A stretch of 64,000 nucleotides of DNA from Ramazzottius varieornatus (lineage: Eukaryota > Animalia > Tardigrada). The notes beneath the pieces were generated by a model. It was given only the letters and a program-made list of their open reading frames with translations. It was not told the origin of the DNA and ran no database searches. The position numbers and the translations under genes were made by a program. Positions 60,702 through 64,000 of the stretch are shown here, piece by piece (within the stretch, counting starts at the first letter, position 1; each line of letters begins with the position of its first letter). The DNA lies in contig BDGG01000021.1 in the NCBI GenBank assembly GCA_001949185.1, forward strand, positions 24,817-88,816. Reading direction: 5' to 3'.

Positions 60702-61655
60702 TCATTTGGTGAATTCTTTGAATATTTCTTCCGAGTCAATGATGGGTATGTCTTCTTTCTTCTCCACATCGCAGACCATCCTGCACTGCGGATTGGTCTC
60801 GGTTGGTGGTGGTCGATTTGGTACGTAGGGCTTGAACATTATGGGTATGATCGGTTTTGCTATTAGTGCCGCAGTGGCCCAACTGGAGGCGGTCATAAAT
60901 TCTTTGGAACTGATTGTCTTTAGATCAATTCCGTTGGCTACGAACTTCAAGTAGAGCAAAGGGTATTCGCAGCAGCTCCACCAGGTAGATATGAGGGAAG
61001 GGATCGTTGGCACTCCTCCATGTATTTCAGCGCCCAGAGTATGGCTGGGCAAATACTGGGTAACTTCGTCCGTTGCCAGACTTCTGGATAACCACGTTAC
61101 CGTTCTTCTGAAAACATCAAGGAAGCACCGTAGGACAACGACAAAGAAACCAGCGGAAGTCATCGCCATACGAACTGCACTCCAAGATGACTGGGTAAGT
61201 GAAACTACGATATAAAGACTTTCAGTTTTACACTGGGAAACTTGTTTTGCAACCTACACAGCAGCTATGATGAATAAGGTGAGCCACGGTATCCGTGCTT
61301 TGTAGACCTCGTACAGGCTGGACCAAGTCAAGTGTGTCGTCCAGAGTACAACGCATAGTAGAGCAGTACAAAGAAAGGCAGCCGAAGAGTTTAGTTTGCC
61401 GACAACAGCTCGGATGGTGGCCAGGTATTGGAAGACATTGGCTTTCGTTCCATAGCGAGCAAGGACAAAGCTGGTGGAAACCAGCAAGAGCTCTCTTGTC
61501 AATACTCCAGTGGTAAAATCACTGCCAAAGTCGGCTTCTTCAAAGGTGGGAAGTACTGGCACTACTACATACTGCGCCATCTGCTCCAACTATAAGGAGC
61601 TCTTCTCGCAGTACACGCCGACAGGCAAGTAACTCACAATGTCTTCTGACGTCAT
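60702..61655 (-). CDS. Uncharacterised multi-pass membrane protein (about 3 exons)
   Basis: MTSEDI|LEQMAQ... ORFs 61254-61589 and 60702-61190 with hydrophobic segments (AAFLCTALLCVVLWTT, IPWLTLFIIAA, AGFFVVVLRCFL); second junction uncertain. Confidence 0.55.
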
Positions 61656-61825
61656 CTGCCATGACACTTCTGTCCATAGTTCGTATCCTGCTACAAGTCG
61701 TCATGACTACCACTGTTTTCCGCCTGATTTTCGAATCGATTGGAAGATTACAAGATATTTTAGGAAGAAAATTGAGCATGCAGCTGTTTCCAAGGGGTTG
61801 AAGTTGAGGTTCGGAATTTGTTGCC

Positions 61826-62590
61826 ATGACCTTTGTAGAGGTCGGCTACTTTGGTGACAATACCTCGTTGAACCTATGGGATCCTACGTCCAGCAAGGTT
61901 ATCTTTCCGCTGATTATCGGACGTTTCAAAGCAGCAGCCTTGTCAGCATGGAAGGCCGCTCGGACCGCCTGGGCCGACGAGCCCCTGGTACGGCTGCCAC
62001 CAGCCAGGCCCGAAACTTACCGTCGTGCAGCACCCGCCATCCTCTGTGGGGCTGTTGCCACCGCCCTCCTTTATTCCCTGTACAGATCTCGGACCAAGAG
62101 ACGCAGACAGTTTAGGGAAGCCTACCCTCGGCTAGCGGAAGCCACGACAGCCCTCCCAACCCAGGCTGTAGAAGAGGACTTTTACGTCAGAGCGGCTTCA
62201 CCGGAGGACGTTTGCTCCGATCTTGTGCTGCCCTCGGATCTCTTACAGCAGGCGGATAGGCTTGACAGCGACTGGATCAACAGGGTGGAGAGCAACTTTG
62301 ATGTGGATATTCGGATAACGACTACGGAGACCGCCCACGCGGTCCTGTGTTTTGTGGGCTCGTCGCGGAATATTGACAGAGCAATGAGGTATCTTAAATC
62401 CTTCTTCAGAGAGTTGATCGGCGAAGGCGCAAGCAGGCACACCACAGTATCGTCAGTGGAGCTGACGGTAACGGCTGAGAAGGAACCACTGCCGTCACTG
62501 AGCGTCGATCAATTCCATCCGGCAGACGTACGTGGAAGGACGCCCGTCAGTGGATCGGTAGCTGGTCTGGGAGATGTTGTTAGACTGTGA
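61826..62590 (+). CDS. Intronless protein with an anchor-like TM and a degenerate KH-like domain (TDRKH/PAPI/AKAP1-like layout, no Tudor)
   Basis: 254-aa ORF; AILCGAVATALLYSLY followed by RSRTKRRR; DLVLPSDLL...WINRVESNFDVDIRI...LCFVGSSRNIDRAMRYLKSF follows the KH pattern but lacks GxxG. Confidence 0.6.
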   Translation: MTFVEVGYFGDNTSLNLWDPTSSKVIFPLIIGRFKAAALSAWKAARTAWADEPLVRLPPARPETYRRAAPAILCGAVATALLYSLYRSRTKRRRQFREAYPRLAEATTALPTQAVEEDFYVRAASPEDVCSDLVLPSDLLQQADRLDSDWINRVESNFDVDIRITTTETAHAVLCFVGSSRNIDRAMRYLKSFFRELIGEGASRHTTVSSVELTVTAEKEPLPSLSVDQFHPADVRGRTPVSGSVAGLGDVVRL

Positions 62591-62868
62591 TACATATACA
62601 TATATTCGTTTACATTGCTCGATTGATCTTTGTGCTGGTTGGATGAACTTTAGTTGCCATGAAAGTACGCGTAGAAAGACGCAGGAATTGTGGCTACGGT
62701 AGCGAATGTTGTGTTGCCTGTTTGTACGGAGTGCGATTCACTAGTTTGATACTAAAAGAAGAGCGCTAATTCGGTGGGCTAATTACTGACTGTCGACTGT
62801 TAATTTTGCCGTTTTGGGGTGATCGGTTCCGTAGTGGGACGAAGGAGCTGTGTAGTGTAAGCTAAAGG

Positions 62869-63341
62869 ATGCATCGGCAACACCTTGATCATGAATTCGA
62901 AGGGTTGAACGTCGAATGCAAGTGTGCCGACTCAGCAGCTTGCGACCCTCAAAATCTTCGTCTAGGCGATGTGGGCCACGGTACCTTTTCCCAACTTCGC
63001 TATCGAAACCTGCCCTTCGAGAAACTGATCGGGTTCCACTACAGTCCTTTCCCCGAGCGACGGCTAACAGGTAAACCTCTGATGATATTTTCCCCCGTTT
63101 ACAGCTTTGAACTGGTTGCAAGATGCAGTAATGCCCGTTGCAGATTCGACCGCAGTACAGGATGATAGCCACCGTGGCTTCCTCATGCCGTGGGCTACCA
63201 TCAATGCCACGCCGACCTGTAGCATTAGCTCAACCAATTCCCCTTCCCAATTTGACGAGACAGCCTGAAAATTGGCAGACACCACCTGCAGCTGGCCACC
63301 CCTTTGAACAGGATCAGTCCGGCATCATCCGATCATACACG
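62869..63341 (+). CDS. Possible spliced coding fragment of unknown product
   Basis: 98-aa ORF with a donor GTAAAC near 63071, acceptors near 63103 and 63311, and a donor GTGAGT at 63341; no recognisable domain. Confidence 0.3.
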
Positions 63342-63870
63342 TGAGTACGAGGAGCGAGGCCTAACTTGGCTCACGGGTCTACGTTACCCGGTCAAGTTCT
63401 TCAGGCGGCGCTGCCGGTGGCAGAATTAGCTGGCGCCGGTGAGGCAACTCGGAGTAGAGCTCGTAGCAGCGTGGTCACGCGGTACCACGCTGATCCACGC
63501 GGCTCGCTCCGCGTGGATCAGCCCAAATTGTACAGGGATTGTGCGTGGATCAGCGAAGCGTAGCACAGGTGTCAGCCCATAACAGTTCGCGCAGTATGAC
63601 TGACTCTGTCTTCCACCGCGCAGCTGAATGCGTGCCATTTTCGTACTCTATGGAGCACTGAAATACATATTCGGGCCTCGTAGTTTACGATGACCTCATA
63701 GTTTTTGATATTTTATCGTTGGTTTCTACTTCCGGAATCCGTCGTGTTTTTAGGTTTGAAATTCTGTTTTTATTTGTGATTTTCGTCGATGAGCATAGCC
63801 AGAATTTCCGTCCATACTTCTCACTTTCTATTTTTTTACGTTCGCTGGGACATTTAGGTGCATTCCAGCC

Positions 63871-64000
63871 ATGTCTGAATCAGAAGAGGAATCTGGAGAT
63901 AGTCAGGAGGTGATCGACCTTGTCGGAGCGGACGACGGAGTAGCGAGAAAGGGCAGCAAGCGGACCAAAAGCAAGACAACCCAGCCATCAAAGCGAGCTT
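63871..64000 (+). CDS. 5' end of a gene running off the window (acidic/basic N-terminus, SIM-like EVIDL)
   Basis: GCCATG context; open frame MSESEEESGDSQEVIDLVGADDGVARKGSKRTKSK... to the window end; acceptor TTTAG just upstream. Confidence 0.5.
   Translation, partial: MSESEEESGDSQEVIDLVGADDGVARKGSKRTKSKTTQPSKRA

Noticed and set aside
63480-63560. GCTGATCCACGCGG...CCGCGTGGATCAGC hairpin as a tRNA or terminator
   Set aside because: No cloverleaf or A/B boxes; rho-independent terminators do not apply here; probably a repeat fragment.

Overview
Gene-dense eukaryotic (animal) genomic DNA with short GT-AG introns (about 50-400 nt), moderate GC, many small transposons and one 50-N gap (1213-1262). 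The compact architecture and the protostome-type gene set (allatostatin-C-type receptor, ZP/cuticlin-type protein) suggest a compact-genome invertebrate such as a tardigrade; this species guess is inference only. Genes reconstructed by hand, in order: DEPDC1 (-), an OSBPL9/ORP9-like gene ending before any lipid-transfer domain (+), CWC27 (-), an F-box-like gene hit by a fold-back MITE (+), a small single-pass membrane protein (-), SMIM14 (-), DNA ligase I (+), an AstC/somatostatin-type GPCR (-), a ZP-domain membrane protein (+), two tandem CYP2-clan P450s (-), a DeSI2/PPPDE peptidase (+), a CatSper4-like channel (+), an orphan membrane protein (-) and a TM + degenerate-KH protein (+). Mobile DNA: an intron-containing Tc1 (DD34E), a Tc4/Tc5-type element nested in a tyrosine-recombinase remnant, non-autonomous Tc1/mariner-, pogo- and hAT-type elements, a TIR element carrying a Myb/SANT-like remnant, and several palindromic MITE families. 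Strongest leads: (1) CatSper4 with Arg replacing the pore Asp (TQRGW), (2) ORP9 reduced to PH + helical region + FFAT, (3) LIG1 with a candidate upstream mitochondrial presequence. All homology calls come from recalled motifs, not database searches, and exon boundaries are manual.
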